From assembly GCA_963662715.1 (NCBI GenBank), contig OY759724.1:2670001-2702000 (forward strand): a stretch of DNA of 32,000 nucleotides. The letters are read 5' to 3'. This DNA is from Candidatus Omnitrophota bacterium. GTDB lineage: Bacteria > Omnitrophota > Gorgyraeia > Zapsychrales > JANLHA01. Positions 15,911 to 23,859 of the stretch are shown here, piece by piece. Below the pieces are notes generated by a model that made no database searches, was not told the DNA's origin, and saw only the letters and a list, made by a program, of their open reading frames with translations. Each line of letters starts with the position of its first letter. Position 1 is the stretch's first letter. Both the position numbers and the translations under genes were made by a program.

Positions 15911-16657
15911 ATGACTCGGCAATTAAATATATTAATCGTGGACGATGAAGAAGCGATCCGCACGTTACTTGTCCGTTTTTTGTCGAAGATGCATAAGACG
16001 TTCGGGGCCGCAACCGGTGAAGAAGCCGTGGAACTTGCTCAGCAACGTCGTTTTGATGTGGCTTTTGTTGATATGCGAATGCCTGGCATGGATGGCTTGG
16101 ACACTTTACGCGCCTTAAAAACCATTTGTCCGGATACCTGTATTGTCATTATTACCGGCTATGCTGAAGATGAGCGTCTGACCGCTGCGTTGCGGGAGGG
16201 GGCGATTACCTGTCTTAAAAAGCCGTTCCGTATTGATGAAATAAGAAATATCATTGATCAAAACGTCCAGAGTCTGGGCGGCGCTCCCCTGAAAATCCTT
16301 GTTGTCGATGATGACGAAATTTTCCGCAAGTTGTTTATGAAACTGGATGAAGATGATAAATACGCGGTTACGGCTGTAGCTAAAGCCAGTGACGCTCTGG
16401 CGGCTCTTAAAGCGGAGAAATTTGACATCTGTTTTATTGACATTATTCTTCCGGGGGTCAGCGGCTTTCAGCTGTATGATGAATGCCGGGTTTTGTCTCC
16501 GGAAACCAAGGTCGTTTTGTTCACCGGTTCAGACGAGAAGTTTTCGGCTATTCAGTCAAAAAAGGAAGACGGCGTTGATTATTCACTTAAAAAGCCTTTC
16601 AATTTGGATGACGTTGTTCATATCATCGATATGATTGAGGAAAAACATCTGTCTTAA
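15911..16657 (+). CDS. Response regulator with two tandem receiver domains and no output domain
   Basis: REC1: ILIVDDEEAIR, VAFVDMRMPGMDGLDTL, CLKKPF. REC2: ILVVDDDEIFR, ICFIDIILPGVSGFQL, SLKKPF. ATG at 15911 follows ggggagagg. Confidence 0.85.
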   Translation: MTRQLNILIVDDEEAIRTLLVRFLSKMHKTFGAATGEEAVELAQQRRFDVAFVDMRMPGMDGLDTLRALKTICPDTCIVIITGYAEDERLTAALREGAITCLKKPFRIDEIRNIIDQNVQSLGGAPLKILVVDDDEIFRKLFMKLDEDDKYAVTAVAKASDALAALKAEKFDICFIDIILPGVSGFQLYDECRVLSPETKVVLFTGSDEKFSAIQSKKEDGVDYSLKKPFNLDDVVHIIDMIEEKHLS

Positions 16658-16756
16658 GAGGTGCAAGCTATCTGTTGCGCCCCTCCTTCTGCTCCCGCAT
16701 TCGAGTTTTAAAAAACATCTTTTTTAATGAAATGCCCGTTTCCTGGCGGGAAAATT

Positions 16757-16793
16757 AAATTGTTGTCCGATAATATTTTTATTGTTACAATTT
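16757..16793. repeat. Inverted repeat AAATTGT-N23-ACAATTT with an internal ATTGTT direct repeat (possible operator/UAS)
   Basis: 16757-16763 AAATTGT is the reverse complement of 16787-16793 ACAATTT. ATTGTT occurs at 16759-16764 and 16781-16786. Located just upstream of the sigma54-like element. Confidence 0.3.
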
Positions 16794-16805
16794 CGGTAAA
16801 CAGCC

Positions 16806-16821
16806 TGGCAGGTAGGCTGCA
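16806..16821 (+). promoter_or_regulatory. Candidate sigma54 (-24/-12) promoter TGGCAG-N5-CTGCA
   Basis: TGGCAGGTAGGCTGCA has correct GG-N10-GC spacing and lies 45 nt upstream of the TamB-like ATG. No enhancer-binding protein is encoded in the window, and the site overlaps a CAGCCT/AGGCTG hairpin. Confidence 0.25.
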
Positions 16822-16865
16822 GGGGCTGTTCTCAGACATCCGCAAGAAAGGGCATCGTCTCAATT

Positions 16866-18155
16866 ATGAAGAAGACATTCATAGTCATTTTTAGGTTGCT
16901 GTTCTTCTTGGCTGTCCTGGCCCTGATCGGCGCGGTTTATGCGTTGTGGGCAACGACGCCGGGAGCTAAATTTGTAACAGATGTTTCTTTATCTTCGTAT
17001 TTAAGCGAGGAACAGCTCCGGATTGACGATATTTCGGGCAATTTTAAAGAAAGAGTGGTGTACTCAGATATAGAAATAAAAAATCTGCCCTATCTCCCGG
17101 AGGGAACATTATTTAAAGTGAAGGAATTAAGCCTTTCCGTAACGTCGCTGGACTGGGATGGGGTGACGATGTTGCTGGAGCAGGCCCGGATTTTTCTTCC
17201 TCTGTCTGACCCTCTGTTTGTGCAGGGGCGCATTCTTTACGGGGTTTTGGATTTCAATATTTACGCCAGTTATATCACATTAAGGGATGTTCAGAGTTTT
17301 TCCCCGCAGAACCGTTATTTGAAATCTCTGGACGGAGATTTTCAGGATATTGATATTTATGTCTCGAATAAGATATTGGAGCCTTTTATTAAAGGAGAAA
17401 TCCGTATCGAAAAATTAACCAATGATACCATCCAGCTCCTTAAAAGCAAGCTGGATTTTATCCTGGAATTAAAAGATGTCACGACGCCCAAGCCGTTATT
17501 ATATGGTGTTGTGAAAGTCAATGAGGGGACGTTATCGGCCCGGAAAACAGCTGTTCTTCAGCTGGAAGACAGCAGTATACGCTTTGAGGGGGACATGGAA
17601 AATCCTTCTTTAAATGTCAGAGGACGGTCTGTTGTTGACGGAGTTAAAATCCGGGTGCATTGTTCCGGTACGCTGCAGAAGCCGGAGCTGTCGTTTTCGT
17701 CCACCCCTCCTTTACCGGAGCAGCAATTGCTGGTGATGCTCGCTACGGGGAAAGCATGGACAGGGGCCACGGCAGATTTGACCAGCGGACAGATTACCAC
17801 TGAGACGGCCAAAGATTTTCTGGATTATTTTTTGCTGGGGGGCGCAGGCGGTCGGTTAGCGGAAACGCTGGGGATAAAAGAGTTTAAAGTGATTTTTGAG
17901 AAGGAGACCAAAGGGCTTGGGGTGACAAAATCCCTATCCGATAACGTGGACGCGAGTTATACTGTGGAACAGTCAAAAGAGTCTTTGGGGGAAGAGACAT
18001 TGACGCAAAAAATAGGCGGAGAACTCCACCTGAATGAGAAGGTCTCTGTGGGCGCCGAGCGGGAGATCCTGGACGAGAGATATCCTGACCGGGAGACCGC
18101 GGGGGATGTCGAGAAACGGGATACTTTTTTCATGAAGTTTGAAACGAATTTTTAA
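16866..18155 (+). CDS. Short TamB/DUF490-like translocation-and-assembly-module protein with N-terminal membrane anchor
   Basis: Anchor FIVIFRLLFFLAVLALIGAVYALWA. The C-terminal core VRGRSVVDGVKIRVHCSGTLQKPELSFSSTPPLPEQQLLVMLATGKAW resembles the conserved DUF490 segment of TamB. At 429 aa it is far shorter than canonical TamB. Confidence 0.6.
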   Translation: MKKTFIVIFRLLFFLAVLALIGAVYALWATTPGAKFVTDVSLSSYLSEEQLRIDDISGNFKERVVYSDIEIKNLPYLPEGTLFKVKELSLSVTSLDWDGVTMLLEQARIFLPLSDPLFVQGRILYGVLDFNIYASYITLRDVQSFSPQNRYLKSLDGDFQDIDIYVSNKILEPFIKGEIRIEKLTNDTIQLLKSKLDFILELKDVTTPKPLLYGVVKVNEGTLSARKTAVLQLEDSSIRFEGDMENPSLNVRGRSVVDGVKIRVHCSGTLQKPELSFSSTPPLPEQQLLVMLATGKAWTGATADLTSGQITTETAKDFLDYFLLGGAGGRLAETLGIKEFKVIFEKETKGLGVTKSLSDNVDASYTVEQSKESLGEETLTQKIGGELHLNEKVSVGAEREILDERYPDRETAGDVEKRDTFFMKFETNF

Positions 18156-18239
18156 TGCTGTATTCTGTCTGCGCGCTTCCCCGGGGGACTGCCCGGGTAT
18201 TTCAGTCGAAATTTTTGCCAGCCATGAAAATCCGGCGCC

Positions 18240-18656
18240 TCAGCTTTTTCCCGGCATTTCCTGGATGAGTTTGTTGATGCGCAAAATCATTCCCTGCCCG
18301 AAATCATTTTTCCGTAAATGGAGTGGCTTCTTTTCTTTATTGGAAATAATATTATCCAGTTCCTGCAGGATCCTTTCATAGGAACCAAAGGTGCGGTGCA
18401 CAAAGCTAAAGACGAAACGGGCAAACAGGATATAGTAAAATAAAATCAGGGCCGAAAATATAAGAACCCGGTCCATGAAATGCTGGCTGAGATCTGTATG
18501 AATGTAGGTGTAAATAAGATCGCTGAATAAGCCCCAGAAAAGAAAAAAGATCAGGATGACAGGCAAAGCCGCAAATAAGAAAATCATTTTTAGGACCTTC
18601 CTTTCATAAGGATTTTTGTTGAGGATGTTTCTTTGTGATGTTTTCTCATTATTCAT
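18240..18656 (-). CDS. Small two-TM protein with HAMP-like C-terminal segment (hypothetical)
   Basis: ATG at 18656 is preceded by GGGAGG plus 5 nt on the minus strand; the track start at 18674 is a TTG. TMs MIFLFAALPVILIFFLFWGLF and VLIFSALILFYYILFARFVFSF. HAMP-like YERILQELDNI ... RKNDFGQGMILRINKLIQEM. Confidence 0.5.
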   Translation of the reverse strand: MNNEKTSQRNILNKNPYERKVLKMIFLFAALPVILIFFLFWGLFSDLIYTYIHTDLSQHFMDRVLIFSALILFYYILFARFVFSFVHRTFGSYERILQELDNIISNKEKKPLHLRKNDFGQGMILRINKLIQEMPGKS

Positions 18657-18686
18657 AAGTTCCTCCCTGTCCAATGAATTGCTATC

Positions 18687-19085
18687 TTAAAGAGTTCTCT
18701 CTTCAATCATTTTGCCCCCGGATAGAATCCTGTAGGTAACTCCGGAATTTTCTTCAGACACCGGTTCGGCTGAAATTGTGTACTGGTCAGCCGAAATGTC
18801 GCAGGTGAACCGAAACCCGTGATGTGTCCCTTTGAAATAAGCGTCTATACGGTAAGGGTATTCTTCAATCATTAATTGTTTGAGGTTGCGCGGGTAGAAG
18901 CCGTTTTCCTCCCGATACTTTTCCAGCGCGTCAGAAATTTTCCGCAGAACGGATTGCGCCAGAACATCGTGAGTGGCTGTTTGAACTTCACTGATGATCT
19001 GATACGTTAAGATTGCCAAAAGGATAACAAGAATGGAAAAAAGAATCAGTTTAACACGGTCTAAATTTGAATCGATGATGTTCAT
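18687..19085 (-). CDS. Membrane-anchored pseudopilin/GspG-fold-like protein lacking a prepilin cleavage motif (hypothetical)
   Basis: Internal ATG at 19085 gives MNIIDSNLDRVKLILFSILVILLAILTYQII (TM). VLRKISDALEKYREENGFYPRNLKQL resembles the alpha1-C/beta-sheet junction of type II secretion pseudopilins. There is no G/FTLIE motif. Confidence 0.5.
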   Translation of the reverse strand: MNIIDSNLDRVKLILFSILVILLAILTYQIISEVQTATHDVLAQSVLRKISDALEKYREENGFYPRNLKQLMIEEYPYRIDAYFKGTHHGFRFTCDISADQYTISAEPVSEENSGVTYRILSGGKMIEERTL

Positions 19086-19247
19086 GGGGCTTCCCCGGGA
19101 AAAAGTGGCTTTCTTATATCTTAATAAAAAGAGGAAGTATTTTCTATGATAATGATATAAAAATTGTCTCAATTCCATGTATAATAAAAAAAGGGAATAA
19201 GCGTTGAACTTTTATCCCGGAGCCTGAATAAGGGAGAGGTGTGCTTG

Positions 19248-20312
19248 GTGAAACAAGTCTCGAGAAGGGAGTTCTTGCAGAGGTGTCTGTTCTGGATCTC
19301 TTCCGGATTAATTCTTGCTGTGCCGGGCTTAATATCGATTGTTCAGGGTCAAAAGAGAAGGCCGAAGTCCATGCAACCCCATCTTTCCGAACCAGGGTAT
19401 CTTAAGCTGCACCGGCAAGGACAACTGACTGAACGGGCGCAGACATTGTGGAATATGATGGGACGTTGCGAACTCTGTCCCCGGCGCTGTCATAAAAACC
19501 GTCTGAAGGGAGAAACAGGATTTTGCGGAGCTGCAAAGGATCTTGTTATTGCGTCTCATGGGCCGCATTTTGGCGAGGAAAAGCCGTTGGTCGGCCGCGG
19601 GGGATCAGGCACGATCTTTTTTTCTCATTGCAGTCTGCGGTGTGTGTTTTGTATCAATTGGGACATCAGCCATCTCGGGAAAGGGACGGTCAGGGGCATC
19701 AATGATCTTGCTTATATGATGATGGATCTGCAACAGCAGGGATGCCATAATATCAATCTCGTGACGCCCACGCATTATGTCCCGCACATCCTTTTAGCCG
19801 TGGATAAGGCGGCGGGGTATGGCCTGCATTTGCCTTTGGTTTATAATACCTGTGGCTGGGAACGCCTTGAGATCCTGGAATTCCTGGATGGGGTCATAGA
19901 TGTCTATCTCCCGGATTATAAGTATGCGTCTTCGGCCATGTCAGAAAAGTATTCGGCAGGCGCTTCTTCCTATCCTTTCGTCGCTCAAAAAGCTCTTCTG
20001 CAGATGTACCGGCAGGTCGGCACGGCCCGGGTGGAGGCTGATGGACTCGTTAAAAAAGGGCTTATGATCCGGCATCTTGTCATGCCGGACCATGTTGGCG
20101 GCACGAAAGATGTCATTCAATGGATTGCGTCTCATTTGCCCAAAGACACGTATTTCAACCTTATGTCGCAGTATCATCCTTATCATAAAGCTTTTGACTA
20201 CCCGGAGATCGCAAGAACTATTACGCCGCAGGAGTACCGGGAGTCCATCCAATGGGTGAAGGAGTCTGGTTTAACGCGTGTGGATTTCCAAAGAATGCCT
20301 TTGGGCGGTTAA
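19248..20312 (+). CDS. Radical SAM protein of the PflX (COG1313, PFL-activase-like) type with Tat-like N-terminal signal/anchor
   Basis: GSGTIFFSHCSLRCVFCINWDIS (C-x3-C-x2-C, nt 19629-19652). Upstream Cys cluster CELCPRRC...FCG. N-terminus SRREFLQ plus hydrophobic CLFWISSGLILAVPGLISIV. The GTG at 19248 follows gggagagg; the track start is 19239, and an internal ATG at 19371 is also possible. Confidence 0.85.
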   Translation: MKQVSRREFLQRCLFWISSGLILAVPGLISIVQGQKRRPKSMQPHLSEPGYLKLHRQGQLTERAQTLWNMMGRCELCPRRCHKNRLKGETGFCGAAKDLVIASHGPHFGEEKPLVGRGGSGTIFFSHCSLRCVFCINWDISHLGKGTVRGINDLAYMMMDLQQQGCHNINLVTPTHYVPHILLAVDKAAGYGLHLPLVYNTCGWERLEILEFLDGVIDVYLPDYKYASSAMSEKYSAGASSYPFVAQKALLQMYRQVGTARVEADGLVKKGLMIRHLVMPDHVGGTKDVIQWIASHLPKDTYFNLMSQYHPYHKAFDYPEIARTITPQEYRESIQWVKESGLTRVDFQRMPLGG

Positions 20313-20418
20313 GGGGACCTTATAGCGGGGAGGCCCCCAGGGGCTGTCTCCGAGAAAAAAAAGAAATTGCTAGTTATGAAGAGAGAATTCTGTTAATTTA
20401 ACTCAAAGTGGAGGTCAT

Positions 20419-20580
20419 ATGAAAAAATATCGATGTGTTGTTTGCGGGTATGAATACGACCCGGCTGCCGGGGATCCTGAACAGGGGATCAATCCGGGTA
20501 CGCCTTTTGAGGCATTGCCGGAAACATGGGTTTGCCCTGAATGCGGGGTTTCAAAATCCGAGTTTGAAGCTATTGATTGA
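20419..20580 (+). CDS. Rubredoxin (53 aa; not in the supplied ORF track)
   Basis: My own translation: [53 protein letters not shown]. It has both CxxCG and CPxCG knuckles, and GGAGG lies 5 nt upstream of the ATG. Confidence 0.92.
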   Translation: MKKYRCVVCGYEYDPAAGDPEQGINPGTPFEALPETWVCPECGVSKSEFEAID

Positions 20581-20607
20581 GTTGTTTAAGAAACATCTTT
20601 AGTCCGT

Positions 20608-21318
20608 ATGACATACATAACCGGGACATTCCTTGAAAAAGTACAGCGAACCTCAACGATCGAAAGTTTCCGATTCCGTTGGAGCGCCCCGGTGACTTTT
20701 CTCCCGGGGCAGTTTTCAAAAGTTGTCTTTGACAAGGACCGCCCTGATAATTCTGCCCAGAACAAATTTTTATCTTTTTCCTCTCCGCCGCAGGCCCCCT
20801 ATATGGAAATGACGAAACGACTCTCGCAAAGCGTTTTTTCAGAAAAGTTGAGAACCCTGGAGAAAGGGGATGAGGTTTCTTTCCTGGGTCCTATGGGGGC
20901 ATGCACGTTTCAGGATGATTTTTCTAAGATCGGGTTTCTGATCGGCGGGATCGGGATCACCCCGGTTATGTCCATCGCGGGATATGTTATCGCCAAACAG
21001 CTCCCTGTTGATATGGTTTTGATTTATGCCAACAGGGACAAGGAACACATCGCCTTTCAGCAGGAATTACGGGCATTTTCAAAAGAATGCCCCGGACTCC
21101 ATCTTCTGTTTGCTGTTGATGAAGGCCCGTGCCCGGATCCGCATTTTCACCTGGGACGTATTGACCGGCAGTTGATAGAGACGGGGATGCCTGATTACCG
21201 GAACCGCACCATTTTTTCCTACGGCCCGCCGGCTATGGTTAAGGCTATGTGTGAATTATGTCTGGACATGGGATGTCAGCGGGAAAACTTAAGGACAGAG
21301 ATATTTGCGGGGTACTAG
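20608..21318 (+). CDS. FNR-like FAD/NAD(P)-binding oxidoreductase (possible rubredoxin reductase partner)
   Basis: Beta-barrel FAD part with FLPGQFSKVVF and KFLSFSS (R-x-Y-S-like). NAD(P) motif IGFLIGGIGITPVMS. C-terminal SYGPPAMV. Starts 27 nt downstream of rubredoxin. Confidence 0.8.
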   Translation: MTYITGTFLEKVQRTSTIESFRFRWSAPVTFLPGQFSKVVFDKDRPDNSAQNKFLSFSSPPQAPYMEMTKRLSQSVFSEKLRTLEKGDEVSFLGPMGACTFQDDFSKIGFLIGGIGITPVMSIAGYVIAKQLPVDMVLIYANRDKEHIAFQQELRAFSKECPGLHLLFAVDEGPCPDPHFHLGRIDRQLIETGMPDYRNRTIFSYGPPAMVKAMCELCLDMGCQRENLRTEIFAGY

Positions 21319-21441
21319 CCGGTGTCGTGAATATGCCTGGCCTGCTCCCGGGGGCTTTCAGCCGGCGATAAGTTGACGTATTATTTGACAGCGGGATGCT
21401 GGTCCCCCTGAGTTTTAACTTTTCTATTACAGGAGGTATTC

Positions 21442-22089
21442 GTGGGTAATTATAAAACATTGGATAACCCCTTTGACGCTCAGCAGGCCTGGGCTGATGA
21501 AAACCGGCTTTTGCTGAATGCCAAGGGTATCAAATTGTTTAATATCATCGGAATGCCTGGCTCAGGCAAGACGAGTCTGATCGAGCGGACCATTGAAAAG
21601 CTGAAAGACCATATTACTATAGGCGTGATTGTGGGGCATATGGCCTCTTGCAAAGATGCCGAACGCCTGGTATCTCAAAATATTCCTGTCTGCCTGATTC
21701 AGTCGGAGAACAACGGTCAATTAGCCGCTCACCAGATCCACTGGGCGTTGCAGGAATTATGTGCTGAAGATAAGTTGGACCTGATTTTTCTGGAAAATAT
21801 CGGGACTATGATTTGCCCGGAGAATTACGATGTCGGAGAGTTTACCAAAATCGTTATTTTAAACGTGACGGCCGGACAGGATATCGCGGAGAAATATCCC
21901 GGGATTTTTAAACAGGCTCAAGTCGTTGTCTTAACAAAGGTGGGGCTTTTGCCTTATGTGAATTGTGATGTGTCTGTTATTAGGAAGAATATCAAAGAAT
22001 TAAACTCCTCTGTTCATTTGTGTGAGGTTGATAATGTCCTGGGGACAGGGTTTGACGACTGGATTGATATTATAAGCAAGATTGTCTGA
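21442..22089 (+). CDS. hypB: HypB-type nickel-insertion GTPase (SIMIBI class G3E family)
   Basis: P-loop GMPGSGKTSL. ENIGTMICPENYDVGE matches HypB ENVGNLVCPxxFDLGE. VVLTKVGLLPYV matches NKxDL. AGGAGG lies 5 nt before the GTG start. There is no N-terminal CxxCGC metal site. Confidence 0.85.
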   Translation: MGNYKTLDNPFDAQQAWADENRLLLNAKGIKLFNIIGMPGSGKTSLIERTIEKLKDHITIGVIVGHMASCKDAERLVSQNIPVCLIQSENNGQLAAHQIHWALQELCAEDKLDLIFLENIGTMICPENYDVGEFTKIVILNVTAGQDIAEKYPGIFKQAQVVVLTKVGLLPYVNCDVSVIRKNIKELNSSVHLCEVDNVLGTGFDDWIDIISKIV

Positions 22090-22148
22090 GAAAGAAGGAC
22101 GACAGAAGGCTGTATCCCGGATTTTGTGTAAAATATATGAGTATTGAG

Positions 22149-22178
22149 TTGACAATTAAATTAGCCGGGTGCAATAAT
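22149..22178 (+). promoter_or_regulatory. Candidate sigma70-type promoter of the che operon (TTGACA - 18 nt - TGcAATAAT)
   Basis: Perfect -35 TTGACA at 22149-22154. Extended -10 TG-c-AATAAT at 22170-22178. Located in the 226-nt gap upstream of cheX. I found no convincing sigma28 TAAA-N15-GCCGATAA match. Confidence 0.4.
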
Positions 22179-22315
22179 ACGCTGGAGTCTCCGGGGCATC
22201 GATGACCAAAGTTATAACGTTTACTCTCCCTTTGAGTTGCCTTTGCTGATTTTTTAACAAAAGATTCAAAAAGAGGAAGGAAAGTTTATCTTTCTGCAAA
22301 AGAGGAAAGTTTTTT

Positions 22316-22906
22316 ATGGCTGAACTGAAGCGTGTTGGCCCGTCCCTGCAAAAAAGTGCTTTGATCGCTTCTGTGAAAAGTATCGTGACAACAACATGTC
22401 ATGAAAAGCTCAGTTGCGAGCCGGCACTGAAAACAGGGCATATTAAGTGGAATGATAAGCATAAAATGATTATCCGTAGCAAGGACAGAGGATTTGAAGG
22501 CCCCTCTGTGGTTTCTGCTATCGGTTTGTTCCTTTCTGATAAACATGTTACGAAAGGCCTGCCTTGCGGGGCTGTCGTCCTTTTTTCCGATGAGTATTAT
22601 GTCCGTAAACTCATGAGTTCTTCCGGGTTGCTCGGGGGGGATGTGTCGGATCCCGGTGTGATTGTGGATTTTTGCAGTGAATTGTGCAATATGATTACCG
22701 GAGGCTTGATCAACAGGATTGTCATAGAAGGATATCAGGAAATATTGATGACAGCTCCTATCACCAACCGGGAAGAGATTCCTGACGGGATCGCTTTTAA
22801 CCCGGACTATACGGAATACATCGAATTTGTATTTTCCCTGTGGGATAAGCATGTTTTTACGATTGTTTTAACATTGTCGGCAATTTTTTCTAAAGAGTAC
22901 CCTTAA
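22316..22906 (+). CDS. cheX: CheX-like CheY-P phosphatase
   Basis: DFCSELCNMITGGLINRI carries the E-x2-N phosphatase motif in the CheX position. It lies directly upstream of cheY (6-nt gap). RBS agaggaaag. The antisense 188-aa ORF has no recognisable features. Confidence 0.65.
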   Translation: MAELKRVGPSLQKSALIASVKSIVTTTCHEKLSCEPALKTGHIKWNDKHKMIIRSKDRGFEGPSVVSAIGLFLSDKHVTKGLPCGAVVLFSDEYYVRKLMSSSGLLGGDVSDPGVIVDFCSELCNMITGGLINRIVIEGYQEILMTAPITNREEIPDGIAFNPDYTEYIEFVFSLWDKHVFTIVLTLSAIFSKEYP

Positions 22907-22912
22907 GGATTC

Positions 22913-23305
22913 ATGATGAAAAAGATACTTGTTGTTGATGACTCCTCTGTTCAGCGTAAAATGATACACCAAATCATTAAACAAGCCGGTTTTGAAAATG
23001 ATGTCCTGGAAGCAGGAAATGGAGAAGACGCGATTCAGGTCCTTGGGACAAATTTTAAAGAAGTCGGACTTATTTTATGTGACTGGCATATGCCGGAGAT
23101 GAATGGTGTGGAGTTTATTGCAGGGGTCGCGAAGGTTCAAGCTGTAGCTGAAATCCCTGTGGTTATGGTTACGACGGCGGGAACGGAAGAGAAACTCAAG
23201 CAGGCGTACAGCGTCCATCCAAATTTGAAGGGGTATGTCGTAAAACCCTTTACATCTGAAAAATTGCGGACAATTATTGCACCATTGTTGGAGAGCACCT
23301 CTTAA
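22913..23305 (+). CDS. cheY: Chemotaxis response regulator CheY
   Basis: ILVVDDSSVQRKMI, LILCDWHMPEMNGVEF, VVMVTT, YVVKPF. 130 aa, single domain. Confidence 0.88.
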   Translation: MMKKILVVDDSSVQRKMIHQIIKQAGFENDVLEAGNGEDAIQVLGTNFKEVGLILCDWHMPEMNGVEFIAGVAKVQAVAEIPVVMVTTAGTEEKLKQAYSVHPNLKGYVVKPFTSEKLRTIIAPLLESTS

Positions 23306-23322
23306 TTTGAACGAAAAATCGT

Positions 23323-23826
23323 ATGGAAGAACAGAACCAGAATACAAAGAATGACTCCGGATTGCCTAAGGACATTCTCCAATTTGTTTGTTTTAAATTG
23401 GCGGAGGAAGAATATGCTATTGATATCAGCCTGATTATGGAAGTTATCAAAATTCTTCCCGTTACCCCTGTTCCTCAGGTTCCTGATTTTTGCCTGGGGC
23501 TCATTAATTGCCGGGGAACGATTATTCCTCTTTTTGATCTCAGGATCAAGGTCCGGTTGCCCCAGAAACCTTTTGATTCAAAATCGAGGATCCTCATTGC
23601 CAATGTCGGGCAAGATTTCATTGGCTTGGTCATTGACGAAATACTGGATAATATCCGTGTCGAAACAAATCAAGTGGATTTAACGAAGTATTTGGCTATG
23701 AAAATCGGGAAGGAATATATTTGCGGGGTTGCGAGGGTGGAGGACCGGATGGTTGCCATATTGGATTTTCAGAGAATGCATAGTGTTATTTTTGAAGAAA
23801 TGACCTCGACACATGTTCAACCGTGA
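23323..23826 (+). CDS. cheW: Chemotaxis coupling protein CheW (copy 1)
   Basis: FVCFKLAEEEYAIDISLIMEVIKILPVTPVPQVPDFCLGLINCRGTIIPLFDLR ... LIGLVIDEI. Confidence 0.88.
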   Translation: MEEQNQNTKNDSGLPKDILQFVCFKLAEEEYAIDISLIMEVIKILPVTPVPQVPDFCLGLINCRGTIIPLFDLRIKVRLPQKPFDSKSRILIANVGQDFIGLVIDEILDNIRVETNQVDLTKYLAMKIGKEYICGVARVEDRMVAILDFQRMHSVIFEEMTSTHVQP

Positions 23827-23859
23827 GGGCATATTGTTGCAGATACCGAGAGGATTACG

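Noticed and set aside
18156-18239. CCCGGG-ggactg-CCCGGG self-complementary element between the convergent TamB-like and HAMP-stub genes, considered as a bidirectional terminator
   Set aside because: It has a 6-bp stem only and no clear flanking U-tracts. It may simply be a chance palindrome, so I did not report it as a feature.
20313-20418. GC-rich palindromic stretch (ggggaggcccccaggggctgtctcc) after the radical SAM gene, considered as a rho-independent terminator
   Set aside because: The stems are only 4-5 bp with poor loops. On the + strand the element is followed by an A-run rather than a T-run, so it is not a convincing intrinsic terminator.
21442-22089. HypB taken as evidence for a hydrogenase maturation/structural cluster
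   Set aside because: The window contains no hydrogenase subunits and no other hyp genes. Only the GTPase itself is supported.
22286-22852. 188-aa minus-strand ORF nearly coextensive with the CheX-like gene
   Set aside because: The translation is His/Arg/Phe-rich with no recognisable motifs. The + strand frame has a CheX-type E-x2-N motif, a good RBS, and sits 6 nt upstream of cheY. I treat it as an antisense shadow ORF.
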